Shown: positions 10,485-20,996, counted from the whole stretch's first letter. The stretch: DNA of 58,897 nt, filler included, from 3 parts of 3 records of this genome joined end to end with filler, not necessarily neighbours in it; one strand, 5' to 3'. Made by a program: numbers and translations. Notes: generated by a model not told the origin, from the letters alone.

Positions 10485-11393
10485 ATGCTGACCGGTGCGC
10501 TCCTGATACTGGCTCCGTTGTTTCTGGGCTTTGCCATTGCCCTCTCCAATCGTCAGTTGATGACCGTGATTCACTATTCGGTGGAGGGCCTGGTGTATTT
10601 CATCCTGGCCCTGCTGGGATTGGGGCTGGGACAGATGGAAGGGCTGCTGGGCCAACTGGGTACCATGGCTGCCCAGGTAGCGGGGCTGGTGCTGGTCTTG
10701 CTGGTGGCGAACATGGCGGGCCTGTGGCTGTTTCACCGTTGGCAGCCAATGCACACGGAGGCGGCTGAAACCGGTTCCAGGCCCGGTTATGGCCGCCTGT
10801 TTCTGGCAGGCCTCAAACCGCTTTTGTCCGTGCTTATCGGTGCTCTGCTCGGGTATTTCCTGTTCCCGGATTTGCCGATGGTGGACGACGTGGCCACCTG
10901 GGCGCTGATGTTGTTGCTGTTCCTTATAGGGCTTCAGTTACGTAATGCCGGCCTGTCATTGCGCAAACTGCTGATGAACCGCCAGGGGCTGGGGATTGCA
11001 CTGGCCCTGGTGGTTAGCTCCCTGGTGGCGGGGCTGGCTCTGGTGCCGGTACTGGATATCCCCTGGCATCAGTCTTTGGCCCTGGCCTCCGGGTTTGGCT
11101 GGTATTCACTCTCAGGCATTGTCATTGGTGATGCCTTGGGACCCGCCTGGGGCGGTGTCGCTTTCCTGAACGATGTGCTGCGGGAAATTATTGCTCTGGC
11201 CCTGATTCCGCTGGTGATCCATGCCCGGCCAGCCATGGCCATCGGCTACGGCGGAGCCACCGCCATGGATTTCACACTGCCGGTCATCCGTAGTAGTGGT
11301 GGTCTGGCCTGTGTGCCGGTGGCCATTGCCTCCGGCTTTCTGCTGTCCTTCCTTTCGCCGGTGCTGATGGGGGTTTTTCTGTCGCTGGGATAG
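10485..11393 (+). CDS. lysO: Lysine exporter LysO (YbjE) family
   Basis: Multi-TM protein with ASGFGWYSLSG and GGATAMDFTLPVI motifs. Confidence 0.85.
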   Translation: MLTGALLILAPLFLGFAIALSNRQLMTVIHYSVEGLVYFILALLGLGLGQMEGLLGQLGTMAAQVAGLVLVLLVANMAGLWLFHRWQPMHTEAAETGSRPGYGRLFLAGLKPLLSVLIGALLGYFLFPDLPMVDDVATWALMLLLFLIGLQLRNAGLSLRKLLMNRQGLGIALALVVSSLVAGLALVPVLDIPWHQSLALASGFGWYSLSGIVIGDALGPAWGGVAFLNDVLREIIALALIPLVIHARPAMAIGYGGATAMDFTLPVIRSSGGLACVPVAIASGFLLSFLSPVLMGVFLSLG

Positions 11394-11501
11394 GTTGATT
11401 TTGCTCAATTTGACCCGGTGCAATGCTTTGGTCAGATTTACGGTTATAGTGGCTACGGATTAGTATGCAAAGACTACCCACCTCTGTCCCGGAGCTTCTG
11501 G

Positions 11502-12458
11502 ATGCACCGCCGTCACTTTCTGCACCTGACGATAGCTGCCGCTGTTGCTGCGGGAATGAGTGGTTGCTCCCGGCGAGATCCTCTGAGAACCGGTATTCAT
11601 CCCTGGATTGGTTACGAACCCCTGTACCTGTCGGAAGAATTCGGCTGGCTGCCGGAGACAGTGCAGTTGGTGAAAGGCCAGGCGGCCAGTGATTCCATCA
11701 GCGGACTGGTCTCCGGCAATCTGGACGCCGCAGCCCTGACTCTGGATGAAACCCTCAGGGTTCTTGCCGCCGGGGTGCCCGTAAAGGCCGTTGCCGTCAC
11801 TAACGTTTCCGTGGGCGCGGACGTGCTTCTGGTGCGGCCTGCAATTACCAGCCTCTCGGATTTGCAGGGCCGACGGGTCGCGGTGGAGCTCGGTGGCGTG
11901 TCCGGCATCATGTTGTTTTCTGTGCTTGAGCGCGCGGGCTTGACCAGTAACAACATATCGGTGGTGGATTTACCGGTCCACGAACATATCGGGGCCTGGC
12001 AGCGTGGTGATATCGACGCTTCCATCAGCTACGAACCGGAGGCCTCCCGGCTGGAGGACGAGGGCGCGGTGCGTCTTTTCGACAGCAGCCAGCTGCCGGA
12101 AACCATCTTCGATCTTCTGGTGGTCACTGATGCTGCGGCCAGTCGGCAGCCAGCCTCGGTACGGGATCTGGTGAAAGGCCATTTTCTGGGCCTGCAGCAT
12201 CTGGTGCGTAACACGCACGATGCGGTCTATCGCGTTGCTACGCGCCAGCAGGTATCTCCGGAGATGGTGCGTCAGTCTCTGGCGACGGTGATGTTACCGG
12301 AACTGTCTGCCAACCATCGCTACCTTACCCACAATGGCCGGCTGGAAGTGGTGGCGAAGACGCTGGCAAGTATTATGGTTCGTGAGGGGCTGATAGATGC
12401 GCCCCTGCACTATGAGCATCTGACCGAGCCGGCTTTCCTGCCTCGGAGCTTGCCATGA
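11502..12458 (+). CDS. NMT1/SsuA-like periplasmic substrate-binding lipoprotein
   Basis: MHRRHFL twin-Arg-like signal and lipobox (MSGC); WIGYEPLYL...TLDE...SVGAD; GGAG at 11491 supports ATG 11502 over 11418. Confidence 0.85.
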   Translation: MHRRHFLHLTIAAAVAAGMSGCSRRDPLRTGIHPWIGYEPLYLSEEFGWLPETVQLVKGQAASDSISGLVSGNLDAAALTLDETLRVLAAGVPVKAVAVTNVSVGADVLLVRPAITSLSDLQGRRVAVELGGVSGIMLFSVLERAGLTSNNISVVDLPVHEHIGAWQRGDIDASISYEPEASRLEDEGAVRLFDSSQLPETIFDLLVVTDAAASRQPASVRDLVKGHFLGLQHLVRNTHDAVYRVATRQQVSPEMVRQSLATVMLPELSANHRYLTHNGRLEVVAKTLASIMVREGLIDAPLHYEHLTEPAFLPRSLP

Positions 12459-14734
12459 TGAAGGGGGTGATATACCGCTGCCTGGTTTGGCTGTTGGTGG
12501 TTGCTGCCAATGTACCGGCGCAGTTGGCAGCCAGCGACTCGGTCACGCTCGGCATTTTTGGCTACCGGCCTGATAACGTGATCAACGAACGTTATCAGCC
12601 GCTGGCCGACTACCTGACCCTGGAAACCGGCATGGCAGTGAACCTGAAGGTTTTCAATCAGGATGATATGAACCGTGCCCTGGCGGCCAACCAGATCGAT
12701 TTCTTCCTCACCAATCCCAGCCATTTTCTGGTTATTCGCAGTGATCGCAGTCTGACCGGAGCCCTCGCAACCCTGCGCCGCAGCTGGCAGGGAAGAACCA
12801 CGGGCAGTATTGGTGGCGTGATCATTACCCGTGCTGAACGGGACGATATCAACCGCCTGCAGGATCTGGAGAAAAAGAGTATTGCCACGCCAGGGCTGAC
12901 CTATCTGGGTGGCTATCAGGCCCAGGCGCTGGAATTGGCCAGCGTGGACGTGGATGTTCGGCGCCATAACCGGATGGTGTTTCTGGGTAATCACGACCGG
13001 GTGATCCGCTCGGTGCTGGCGGGCGATACCGATGTCGGATTCATCCGCACCGGCATCTATGAAGAACTGCTGAGCGAGAACCCGAACCTTGCAGATGAGC
13101 TGAAAATCATCAATCCGCAGCAGCTTCGAGGCTATCCGTTTGTTCTGTCCACCCGGCTGTACCCGGAGTGGCCTCTGGTTTCTCTGCCCCATGTCGACAG
13201 CAGGACGGTACGCCGGGTTGCGTCCGCCCTGTTTGCTCTGGAGCCAGAGCATGCGGCGGCGCAGGCGGCCGGTCTGGCCGGGTTTTCGCCGCCTGCAGAT
13301 TACCAGTCGGTCGAAATGCTGAGCCGAAGCCTGCGGATGCCGCCGTACGATCAGGTGCCGAGGGTAACCTGGGTCGACATACTCCACCAATACCGTAACT
13401 GGGTGATTACCGTTGCTGTGCTGTTTGTACTGCTGGTGATTACGAGTCTCTGGCTCGGCCGCAAGAAAAAGCAGCTGGCCTCTGAAGAGCGCAGGCTGCG
13501 CAAACTGATTGCCAGTTGGCCCCAGCCGATGCTGATGATCCGCAATGGTGAACTGGTGGACTGCAACCGGGCGGCCGTGGATCTGGTTGGCTATACCTCC
13601 GAAGCTTCGTTGTTGGGCAAGTCCCTGGCGGCCTTCTCACCTCATAGCCAGCCGGATGGAGCTCCGTCGTCACAGAAATCCGAGGCGCTCTTTACCCGGG
13701 TGACGGCTGGAGAGGTGTCCCAGACGGAATGGCTGTTTGTGCGTTCGAACGGGGAACGGGTGTGGGTGGCCATGACCCTGGCCCCGGTTTATGAACACGG
13801 CAGCGATATCCCTTCCGTACTCTGTTCCTGGCATGACATCACTCGCAGAAAGCAGGCTGAGGAACAGCAGCGGTTGGCGTTAAGGGTGTTCAAGAATGCC
13901 CGGGAAGCGATTTTTATCACCGATGCCCACGGCGTGGTGATGGACATCAACGAGTCCTACACCCAGATCACCGGGCGGGATCACAAGTCTGCCATTGGCA
14001 GCCTGCCGCCCATGCCGGTAGATGAGGGCAGTGCCATACTGGTGGCCGCCAGCAGGCATGGGGTGTGGAGCGGGGAGTTTGCAGCCCGGCACCAGGACGG
14101 CCAGGCCATTGTCTTGAACCTGAGTCTGAGCAGTGTGCTGGACGAGCAGGGCGAACTGTCCCATTTTGTGGGTGTCTTCAGTGACATCACAAGGCAGAAA
14201 GAGATTGAGAAGCAGCTCCGGATCATGGCCCACTACGACGCCCTGACCAATTTACCGAACCGGGTACTGTTCTCGGATCGTCTGCACCAGTCCATGGCCC
14301 AGGCCCGCCGGCAGAATTACCGGTTGGCGGTTGTCTACATCGATCTGGACCAGTTCAAACCGGTGAATGATGCCTTTGGTCACGATGCCGGTGATGGCTT
14401 GCTGGTGGAAGTGGCCCGGCGAATGCGTGCGACCCTCCGGGAGGAGGACAGTCTGGCACGGTTGGGCGGCGACGAGTTTGCCGCCATCATCGTCAATGTC
14501 CCGGACGTGGTTACCCGGGATATATTGCTCTCGCGTTTGCTAACGGTCATTGCCGAACCGGTGTGGGTGGCCAATCACAGCGTCGAAGTATCTGCGAGTA
14601 TGGGTTACACCCTGTACCCTCAAGGCGAGGAAATAGACGGAGATCAGCTGCTTCGCCAGGCTGACCAGGCCATGTATCGGGCCAAGCGTGAAGGCAAGAA
14701 CCGCTATTACTGTTTTCAGGATGCCGATGCCTGA
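12455..14734 (+). CDS. PhnD-like periplasmic domain-TM-PAS-PAS-GGDEF diguanylate cyclase
   Basis: Signal peptide, 'YQPLADYL...IDFFLTNP...STRLYPEWP', TM, two PAS regions, HYDALTNLPNR...RLGGDEF with RxxD (REED). Confidence 0.88.
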   Translation: MMKGVIYRCLVWLLVVAANVPAQLAASDSVTLGIFGYRPDNVINERYQPLADYLTLETGMAVNLKVFNQDDMNRALAANQIDFFLTNPSHFLVIRSDRSLTGALATLRRSWQGRTTGSIGGVIITRAERDDINRLQDLEKKSIATPGLTYLGGYQAQALELASVDVDVRRHNRMVFLGNHDRVIRSVLAGDTDVGFIRTGIYEELLSENPNLADELKIINPQQLRGYPFVLSTRLYPEWPLVSLPHVDSRTVRRVASALFALEPEHAAAQAAGLAGFSPPADYQSVEMLSRSLRMPPYDQVPRVTWVDILHQYRNWVITVAVLFVLLVITSLWLGRKKKQLASEERRLRKLIASWPQPMLMIRNGELVDCNRAAVDLVGYTSEASLLGKSLAAFSPHSQPDGAPSSQKSEALFTRVTAGEVSQTEWLFVRSNGERVWVAMTLAPVYEHGSDIPSVLCSWHDITRRKQAEEQQRLALRVFKNAREAIFITDAHGVVMDINESYTQITGRDHKSAIGSLPPMPVDEGSAILVAASRHGVWSGEFAARHQDGQAIVLNLSLSSVLDEQGELSHFVGVFSDITRQKEIEKQLRIMAHYDALTNLPNRVLFSDRLHQSMAQARRQNYRLAVVYIDLDQFKPVNDAFGHDAGDGLLVEVARRMRATLREEDSLARLGGDEFAAIIVNVPDVVTRDILLSRLLTVIAEPVWVANHSVEVSASMGYTLYPQGEEIDGDQLLRQADQAMYRAKREGKNRYYCFQDADA

Positions 14735-16323
14735 TCATGGCTTTGGTTGAGTAGCCCCACGCCGTCCTGCCAATACAGCGCCTTGCTCCACTGATCGGTG
14801 AGCCGGCGCACGGCACTGAGCTCATCCAGAACCTGGGCCCCCAGGCTGGAACTGAATTCCCGCCGGATCATCTTCTGCAGGGTGGCTGCTTTCAGCTGAT
14901 GGTAGACGGTTTCGGCTTCCTGTAGCTGCTCCGGCACGGGCGTTTCTGAGGCCACCAGCGCCCGAATAACCTCGAAATAGCGGTTGAAAACCGATTCCAG
15001 CGTCTCGAAATCCGTGCGCCGGGCCAGCGCCCGGAGTCGAACCAGATGCAGGGTCAGCTCGGTGGCTTCAGCCAGGTAACGACAGGTGCGAATGCTCAGC
15101 GTCAGGGCATCTACCACCGACGGATGCATTTTCTCGGCTCTCAGGCGCCCGATGTAGTCGGTGATGGCCAGGTTCAGGTTTCGCACGGCATCGGCCTTCG
15201 GGCGCACATCGGATTCCTCCAGGCTTTCCCGGTCCAGGCATACCCGCAGCAAACCCCGACTGTGACCAATCAACCGCTTCATCTCCTGATCTACGGCGCC
15301 GATGGCCAGTTCCGGTGTCGTCACCAGAGTGTCATCGAGATAGCGGGGTTCGGCGTTGTCCTCTTCCTTGCTGCGAAACAGCCGGCCGAGAAAACGGGCA
15401 AACGGTTGGGTGAAGGGCAGCATGATGGCGGCACCCAGAACGTTGAACAACGTATGGAATAAGGCCAGAGAAACCGCCGGGTTGGCTTCCAGATCCAACA
15501 TGTTGGTCAGGGTATTCACCAGCCAGAGCATGGCCGGCAGCACCAGCAGGGCGATGACGCCGGTGACCAGGTTGAACAGGATATGGCCGGTGGCCAGCCG
15601 GCGGGCGTTTGCTGTGGCTTTCAGGGCCGACAGCGCGGCGGTCGAGGTTGAGCCCAGATTGGCGCCAATCACGGCGGCGGCGGCATTGTCGAGCGGGATC
15701 AGGCCGCCAGCTGCAGCGGTGAGTACGATGGCCAGGGCGGCGCTGGAGGACTGGGTAAGAACCGTGGCCAGCAGGCCAATCAGCATGAAGGCCGGCAGGC
15801 CATAATCGGCGCTGATCAGGTAGCCGTTCTGGAAACCGAGAGCCGACGATTCGAGCGCGGTTTTGAGAATCGACAACCCCAGGAAAAACAAGGCAAAGCC
15901 TGCCAGAGCTTCCCCCAGAAACTGGTTTCTCGGGTTGCGGCTGACCAGTTTGAAGCCCACCCCGGCGGCCAGCAGTGGCAGCGCCATGGCTTCGATCTTG
16001 AAGCCGAAGCCAATCAGGCTGACCAGCCAGCCGGTCATGGTGGTACCGATGTTGGAACCGAAAACAACGCCCAGGGACTGGGCCAGAGTCATCAGGCCGG
16101 CATTCACAAAACCAATGGTTGCCACGGTGACCGCCCCGGAATGCTGCACGATACCGGTAATAACAAAGCCGGCAAACAGTGCCCGCAGAGGCGTTCTGGT
16201 CCAATGCCCCAACATATGGCGCAGATGATGGCCCGCGGCGTTTTTCAGACCATTGGTCATCATCTCCATGGCCAGGAGAAACAGGGCCAGACCGCCCAGA
16301 ACCTGGAAAACCGATGACAGCAT
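14716..16323 (-). CDS. Na+/Pi cotransporter family protein
   Basis: GGLALFL, QHSGAVT...GSNIGTT and second repeat QSSSAA...GANLGST; helical PhoU-like C-terminus. Confidence 0.88.
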   Translation of the reverse strand: MLSSVFQVLGGLALFLLAMEMMTNGLKNAAGHHLRHMLGHWTRTPLRALFAGFVITGIVQHSGAVTVATIGFVNAGLMTLAQSLGVVFGSNIGTTMTGWLVSLIGFGFKIEAMALPLLAAGVGFKLVSRNPRNQFLGEALAGFALFFLGLSILKTALESSALGFQNGYLISADYGLPAFMLIGLLATVLTQSSSAALAIVLTAAAGGLIPLDNAAAAVIGANLGSTSTAALSALKATANARRLATGHILFNLVTGVIALLVLPAMLWLVNTLTNMLDLEANPAVSLALFHTLFNVLGAAIMLPFTQPFARFLGRLFRSKEEDNAEPRYLDDTLVTTPELAIGAVDQEMKRLIGHSRGLLRVCLDRESLEESDVRPKADAVRNLNLAITDYIGRLRAEKMHPSVVDALTLSIRTCRYLAEATELTLHLVRLRALARRTDFETLESVFNRYFEVIRALVASETPVPEQLQEAETVYHQLKAATLQKMIRREFSSSLGAQVLDELSAVRRLTDQWSKALYWQDGVGLLNQSHDQASAS

Positions 16324-16392
16324 GATGGATTTTCTTTTTTATGGATGGGGCATTAACACAAGCCTAGCAGAGCCCGGGCAGCTTTCAGAGCG

Positions 16393-17601
16393 TCAGACCA
16401 GAAACTTCCGGATATCGAGTTTGTAGTCGTCTGGATCGACCGCCCGAACGATCCGGTCCTGGTTGCCGGGGCGAGACAGATCGATGGTATGCACGGTTAC
16501 AGGCATTCGGAACTTCGTATTGTACATAACGCGCACCACGGGCAATCTCTGGTCAGATTCATTCGTTTCGATGACCACGCCCAGCTTGCCGCTTTCAAGC
16601 AAGACCAATGAACCTATCGGGTACAGCCCAACGCAACGGATAAACTGTTTCACCAGCGTCGGATCCAGATGATCCCCGGACCACTCCAGCAGTTTCTTCA
16701 GCCCTTGAGTCGGCGTCAGGCCTTTGTGGTAAACCCGGTCAGCAGTGATAGCATCGTAAACATCCGTGATGGCAACCATGCGTCCGTACTCGGTGATTTC
16801 GTCGCCTTTGAGACCTTCTGGATAGCCGCTGCCGTCCAGTTTCTCATGATGTTGGGCGGCGGTTATCACGGTGATCTCGCCGATGCCTTCGGTGCTGGCA
16901 AGAATGTCACGGGAATGGCGGGCGTGCAGCTTCATGACCTCGAATTCTTCCGCCGTCAGTCGGCCAGGTTTGTGCAGAACCTCATCGGGCGTAAGAATTT
17001 TTCCGATGTCGTGCAACAAAGCGCCTACGATGGTCTGGTGCAGAACATCCTGAGAGAGTTTCCGGTAATGTCCGAACAGTGACATCAATACGCTCAGATT
17101 GACTGAGTGCTCTAACAGGTAATTGTCTTTCTCGCGGATCCGTCCCAGGCAGCTCAGGGCATTGGCATTGCGTAGTACCGAATTTTGCAGCTCGTCTGCA
17201 AGCTGGTGGATCGGGGCCACATCAATTGCACCACCAATCTTGACGTTGTTCATGAAACTGCCCACCAGGCTTTGGGCCTGGCTGTGCACCTGTTGAGCAA
17301 TAACTATTTCTTCTGCCAGAGGGGCCTTTGGGGTGTATCCCGGCTTCAGGGCTCCGGCGTTCTGCAGGGCCGTTTCATTACGCCGATCCACATGCGCCGC
17401 CGGCTCGGAATCCTGGCAGTCGGCGCCCCGGCTGACATCAATATAGACATACTGCACACCCATCCTGCGAATTTTCTCAATGGTCTCTTCCCGCTTGATA
17501 ACCCCTTTTTTGCGCTGGGTGTTATGGGGGATCCAATCGTTGTTGAGGTCGGTAATGTACATACCGACCTTCAGGGCGGAGATGGGAATGCGTTTGATCA
17601 T
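16393..17601 (-). CDS. HD-GYP c-di-GMP phosphodiesterase with DUF3391-like N-terminus
   Basis: LHDIGK, HHEKLDGSGYP, DVYDAIT; N-terminus MIKRIPISALKVGMYI. Confidence 0.92.
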   Translation of the reverse strand: MIKRIPISALKVGMYITDLNNDWIPHNTQRKKGVIKREETIEKIRRMGVQYVYIDVSRGADCQDSEPAAHVDRRNETALQNAGALKPGYTPKAPLAEEIVIAQQVHSQAQSLVGSFMNNVKIGGAIDVAPIHQLADELQNSVLRNANALSCLGRIREKDNYLLEHSVNLSVLMSLFGHYRKLSQDVLHQTIVGALLHDIGKILTPDEVLHKPGRLTAEEFEVMKLHARHSRDILASTEGIGEITVITAAQHHEKLDGSGYPEGLKGDEITEYGRMVAITDVYDAITADRVYHKGLTPTQGLKKLLEWSGDHLDPTLVKQFIRCVGLYPIGSLVLLESGKLGVVIETNESDQRLPVVRVMYNTKFRMPVTVHTIDLSRPGNQDRIVRAVDPDDYKLDIRKFLV

Positions 17602-18407
17602 TAGTGGGGGAAAAACGTTCTCAGGCTGTTTTGATAGGTCTGACTTAATACCTGATCCATCGGCAACTCCTTAACGTCGGCAATTTTCTCGGCCACGAAC
17701 GGCAGGTAAAACGGTGCGTTTTCACGGCCGCGATAGGGTACGGGTGTCAGGAACGGGGCATCGGTTTCCAGCAGGATCTGTTCGATGGGCGTCATGCGTA
17801 CGATATCGCGCACGTTCTCGGCCTTATTGAAAGTGGTGATGCCGTTGAAGCCCAGGCACCAGCCCTGGTCGATGGCGTATTGTGCCAGCCCGGGCCCGGA
17901 GGTGAAGCTGTGAATAACCCCCCGGCGCTCAAGAGAATGCTCGAACTCTTTCAGAATAGCTATGGTATCGTCGTCGGCGTCGCGGCTGTGAATCACCACC
18001 GGACGGTCGCTGTCGCAGGCAATCTGAAGCTGCCGGCGAAACACCTCTCGTTGCACGGAGCGATCGGCATTGTCGTAGAAATAATCCAGCCCGATCTCGC
18101 CCACGGCCACGATCTTGTCGTCGGTGGCATGCTGGCGGATTTCCGCTTCCACCTCATCAGTATAGGTTTCCGCTTCATGGGGATGAATGCCCTGGGTGCC
18201 AAACACCCAGTCAGCGGAACCCGCCAGTTCGCGCACGGCGGCGAGGTTATCTGGCGACACCGCAATGGTGATCACCTTTTCGATGTTGACCCGCTGGCTT
18301 TGCTCCAGAGTATCGGACAACGGCCGGTCTTTCAGGTAGTCCAGATGGCAGTGGGTCTCGATGATCGGATGATCAAATACGGGAATCTCACGACGTTTCT
18401 TGCTCAT
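17601..18407 (-). CDS. tatD: TatD family hydrolase/DNase
   Basis: ETHCHL, GIHPH, VGEIGLDY, IHSRDA, LETDAPFL. Confidence 0.92.
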   Translation of the reverse strand: MSKKRREIPVFDHPIIETHCHLDYLKDRPLSDTLEQSQRVNIEKVITIAVSPDNLAAVRELAGSADWVFGTQGIHPHEAETYTDEVEAEIRQHATDDKIVAVGEIGLDYFYDNADRSVQREVFRRQLQIACDSDRPVVIHSRDADDDTIAILKEFEHSLERRGVIHSFTSGPGLAQYAIDQGWCLGFNGITTFNKAENVRDIVRMTPIEQILLETDAPFLTPVPYRGRENAPFYLPFVAEKIADVKELPMDQVLSQTYQNSLRTFFPH

Positions 18408-18523
18408 GCCAGGGTACTAGACTCCATCAGGGTCGGTGTATGGATGCTATTCTGAGAATCTGATCACGTAAGTGTATCACTTTGTACGATTATTGACCTG
18501 CAACGGGGCGATAGGGAGTTTCC

Positions 18524-19357
18524 TTGATGAAATATACGGCATTTGCCCGTTCCTGGTTCTTGAATCCTGACCAACCGGCTCTCGAAGGTTATCCCTCGCT
18601 GTATGAGGGCGACGACAAGTTGCCTGCGCTTGAAGCCAGTCTGGAGGAGATCGGAGAGTACCAGCGGCGGTTGTGGGCCAACCGTAAGCAGGCATTGCTG
18701 GTCGTCATCCATGGACCGGACACCAGCGGCAAGGACAGCCTGATCCGGACGCTGGCCACCTACGCTGATCCGGCCGGCTTTCACGCCTGGTCATTCGGGC
18801 GACCCAATGCATCGGAAGCCGCTCATGATTTTCTCTGGCGGGTGACACCCTATCTCCCCGCCTATGGCCAGATGGTGGCCTTCAACCGCAGTCATCACGA
18901 GGCCGTCATCGGCGAGCGAGTATGGCCCGTGCGAGATGCCGGCACCTATCACTGGCCGGCCCGGTTCGAGGCCATACGGAATTTTGAGCGTCACCTGGTC
19001 AGCGAAGGCACCTGTGTCGTAAAAATCTGGCTCAACCTCTCCGAGGATGAACATAAACAGCGATTGCTCAAACGCCTGGACAAGCCCAGGAAGCGCTGGA
19101 AGTTTGACCGCTCCGACATCGAGGGCTGGAAGCAGCGCGCCCGTTATCAGGCCTTCGCCGAGGAAGCCCTGGCTCAGACCCACACCGAGGAAGCGCCCTG
19201 GTTCATTGTGCCCGGGGACCGCAAACCCCAGGCCCGGGCGATTGTGGCGGCCTTGCTGGCCGGGGTGCTGAAACAGCTTGCGCCGGACTACCCGGCGGAA
19301 CATCCGGATGTACTGGAAGACTATCGTCAGTTGCTGGCAGCGAATGGCGTCAGCTAA
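18524..19357 (+). CDS. ppk2: Polyphosphate kinase 2 family protein (class III-like)
   Basis: Walker A GPDTSGKD, HDFLWR, FNRSHHE, APWFIVPGDRK. Confidence 0.85.
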   Translation: MMKYTAFARSWFLNPDQPALEGYPSLYEGDDKLPALEASLEEIGEYQRRLWANRKQALLVVIHGPDTSGKDSLIRTLATYADPAGFHAWSFGRPNASEAAHDFLWRVTPYLPAYGQMVAFNRSHHEAVIGERVWPVRDAGTYHWPARFEAIRNFERHLVSEGTCVVKIWLNLSEDEHKQRLLKRLDKPRKRWKFDRSDIEGWKQRARYQAFAEEALAQTHTEEAPWFIVPGDRKPQARAIVAALLAGVLKQLAPDYPAEHPDVLEDYRQLLAANGVS

Positions 19358-19367
19358 TGGAGGCAAT

Positions 19368-20015
19368 ATGCACATCGCAGTGGTAGGGGGTGGCGTGGTC
19401 GGTGTCACCACCGCCAGGGAACTGATTCGGCGGGGGCATCAGGTAACCCTGCTGGAGCGACACGACCTTGCTGGTAACGAGACCAGCAAAGGCAACGCCG
19501 CCCAGCGGTCTTACGGCGTGGTTTACCCCTGGGCTGATCCCTCCATGGTCTTCAAGGCACTGCCCTGGCTGTTGAAAACCGACGGCCCACTCAAGCTGCG
19601 AGTGCCGCCTTCGGTGGATGCCATCAAGTTTATGTTTGCCACCCTGCGCTACGCCTGGAGTCCTGGCCTGTTTGGCCTCAACAAACGGGCCATGCTGCGC
19701 CTGGGTGTCCACAGTCGGGAGCGATTTCTGGCTCTGGAACAGGAGCATGACCTGAACTTTGATGGCGACCACAAGGGCCTTCTGCACCTGGCCAGCAGCC
19801 CTGAGGCCATGGACGGTTATCGTGAGATCCACGACCTGCTGAATGAGCTGGGCATCGCCTCGCAGCTGCTCACGCCCGAGCAGGTGCGAGCCACAGAGCC
19901 GGGTATGACCGGAGACGGGCCCCTCTATGGAGCCATCAGCTATGACACAGACGGCACTGGCGACTGTCACCTGTTCTCCCGGGCACTGGCGCAGGTGTGT
20001 GAACAGCAAGGGGTA
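19368..20015 (+). CDS. dadA: D-amino acid dehydrogenase (3' truncated at contig end)
   Basis: MHIAVVGGGVVG FAD motif, ETSKGNA, TGDCHLF; GGAGG before ATG 19368; runs into the N gap. Confidence 0.8.
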
Positions 20016-20115
20016 NNNNNNNNNNNNNNNNNNNNNNNNNNNNNNNNNNNNNNNNNNNNTTAATTAATTAANNNNNNNNNNNNNNNNNNNNNNNNNNNNN
20101 NNNNNNNNNNNNNNN
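20016..20115. other. Artificial contig linker
   Basis: 44 N + TTAATTAATTAA (20060-20071, stops in all six frames) + 44 N; genes on both sides are truncated. Confidence 0.98.
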
Positions 20116-20874
20116 GGTGGCGCAAAGAACCACATGATCATCATGCCGGATGCCGACCTTGATCAGGCGGCCGATGCTCTGATCGGGGCCGGTTACGGCG
20201 CGGCCGGCGAGCGTTGCATGGCTGTTTCTGTTGCCGTGCCGGTTGGCGAAAGCACCGCAAACGCACTGATCGAGAAGCTTGCGCCGAAGGTGGAAGCACT
20301 GAAGATCGGGCCGTACACGGCTGGCAATGACGTCGACTTCGGTCCGCTGGTGACCAAGGAAGCGCTTGCCCGCGTAAAGGGTCTCGTCGACCAGGGCATC
20401 AAGGAAGGTGCGAAGCTGGTTGTCGATGGCCGCGATTTCTCCATGCAGGGCTATGAGAACGGCTTCTTCATGGGCGGCTGCCTGTTCGACAACGTCACCA
20501 AGGACATGGACATCTACAAGACCGAAATCTTCGGTCCGGTCCTGTCCGTGGTTCGCGCAGAGAATTACGAAGAAGCTCTCGATCTGCCGCTCAGCCACGA
20601 ATACGGCAACGGCACTGCGATCTTCACCCGTGACGGCGACACCGCCCGCGACTTCGCGTCCCGCATCAACATCGGCATGGTTGGCATCAACGTGCCGATC
20701 CCGGTGCCGCTCGCCTACCACACCTTCGGCGGCTGGAAAAAGTCCGGCTTCGGCGATCTCAACCAGCATGGCCCGGACGGGTTCAAGTTCTACACCCGCA
20801 CCAAGACCGTGACCTCCCGCTGGCCTTCAGGTCTGAAGGACGGGGCCGAGTTCGTGATCCCGACGATGAAGTAA
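20116..20874 (+). CDS. mmsA: CoA-acylating methylmalonate-semialdehyde dehydrogenase (5' truncated)
   Basis: GGAKNHMIIMPDAD, GAAGERCMA, EIFGPV, VGINVPIPVP, FYTRTKTVTSRW. Confidence 0.92.
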   Translation, partial: GGAKNHMIIMPDADLDQAADALIGAGYGAAGERCMAVSVAVPVGESTANALIEKLAPKVEALKIGPYTAGNDVDFGPLVTKEALARVKGLVDQGIKEGAKLVVDGRDFSMQGYENGFFMGGCLFDNVTKDMDIYKTEIFGPVLSVVRAENYEEALDLPLSHEYGNGTAIFTRDGDTARDFASRINIGMVGINVPIPVPLAYHTFGGWKKSGFGDLNQHGPDGFKFYTRTKTVTSRWPSGLKDGAEFVIPTMK

Positions 20875-20898
20875 TTCCTCCCGGACCAAGTCCGGTCT

Positions 20899-20933
20899 GG
20901 CGCTCCCGGCTTCGCCTGGAGCGCCTCTTTTTT
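20899..20933 (+). terminator. Intrinsic terminator after mmsA
   Basis: GGCGCTCC...GGAGCGCC stem followed by TCTTTTTT. Confidence 0.75.
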
Positions 20934-20943
20934 GCCTTGTAAA

Positions 20944-20974
20944 ATGATAAAAGATGAAATTCATTATTTATTAT
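20944..20974. promoter_or_regulatory. Imperfect palindrome, candidate TetR operator over the promoter
   Basis: ATAAA-AG-ATGAA-A-TTCAT-TA-TTTAT in an AT-rich patch about 25 nt upstream of the methyltransferase-tetR pair. Confidence 0.5.
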
Positions 20975-20996
20975 AAAATGCGTTTGGAGACCTCTC

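Noticed and set aside
20060..20071. TTAATTAATTAA palindrome (also 45730-45741)
   Set aside because: Sits in N padding of identical length at both sites; it is an assembly linker.
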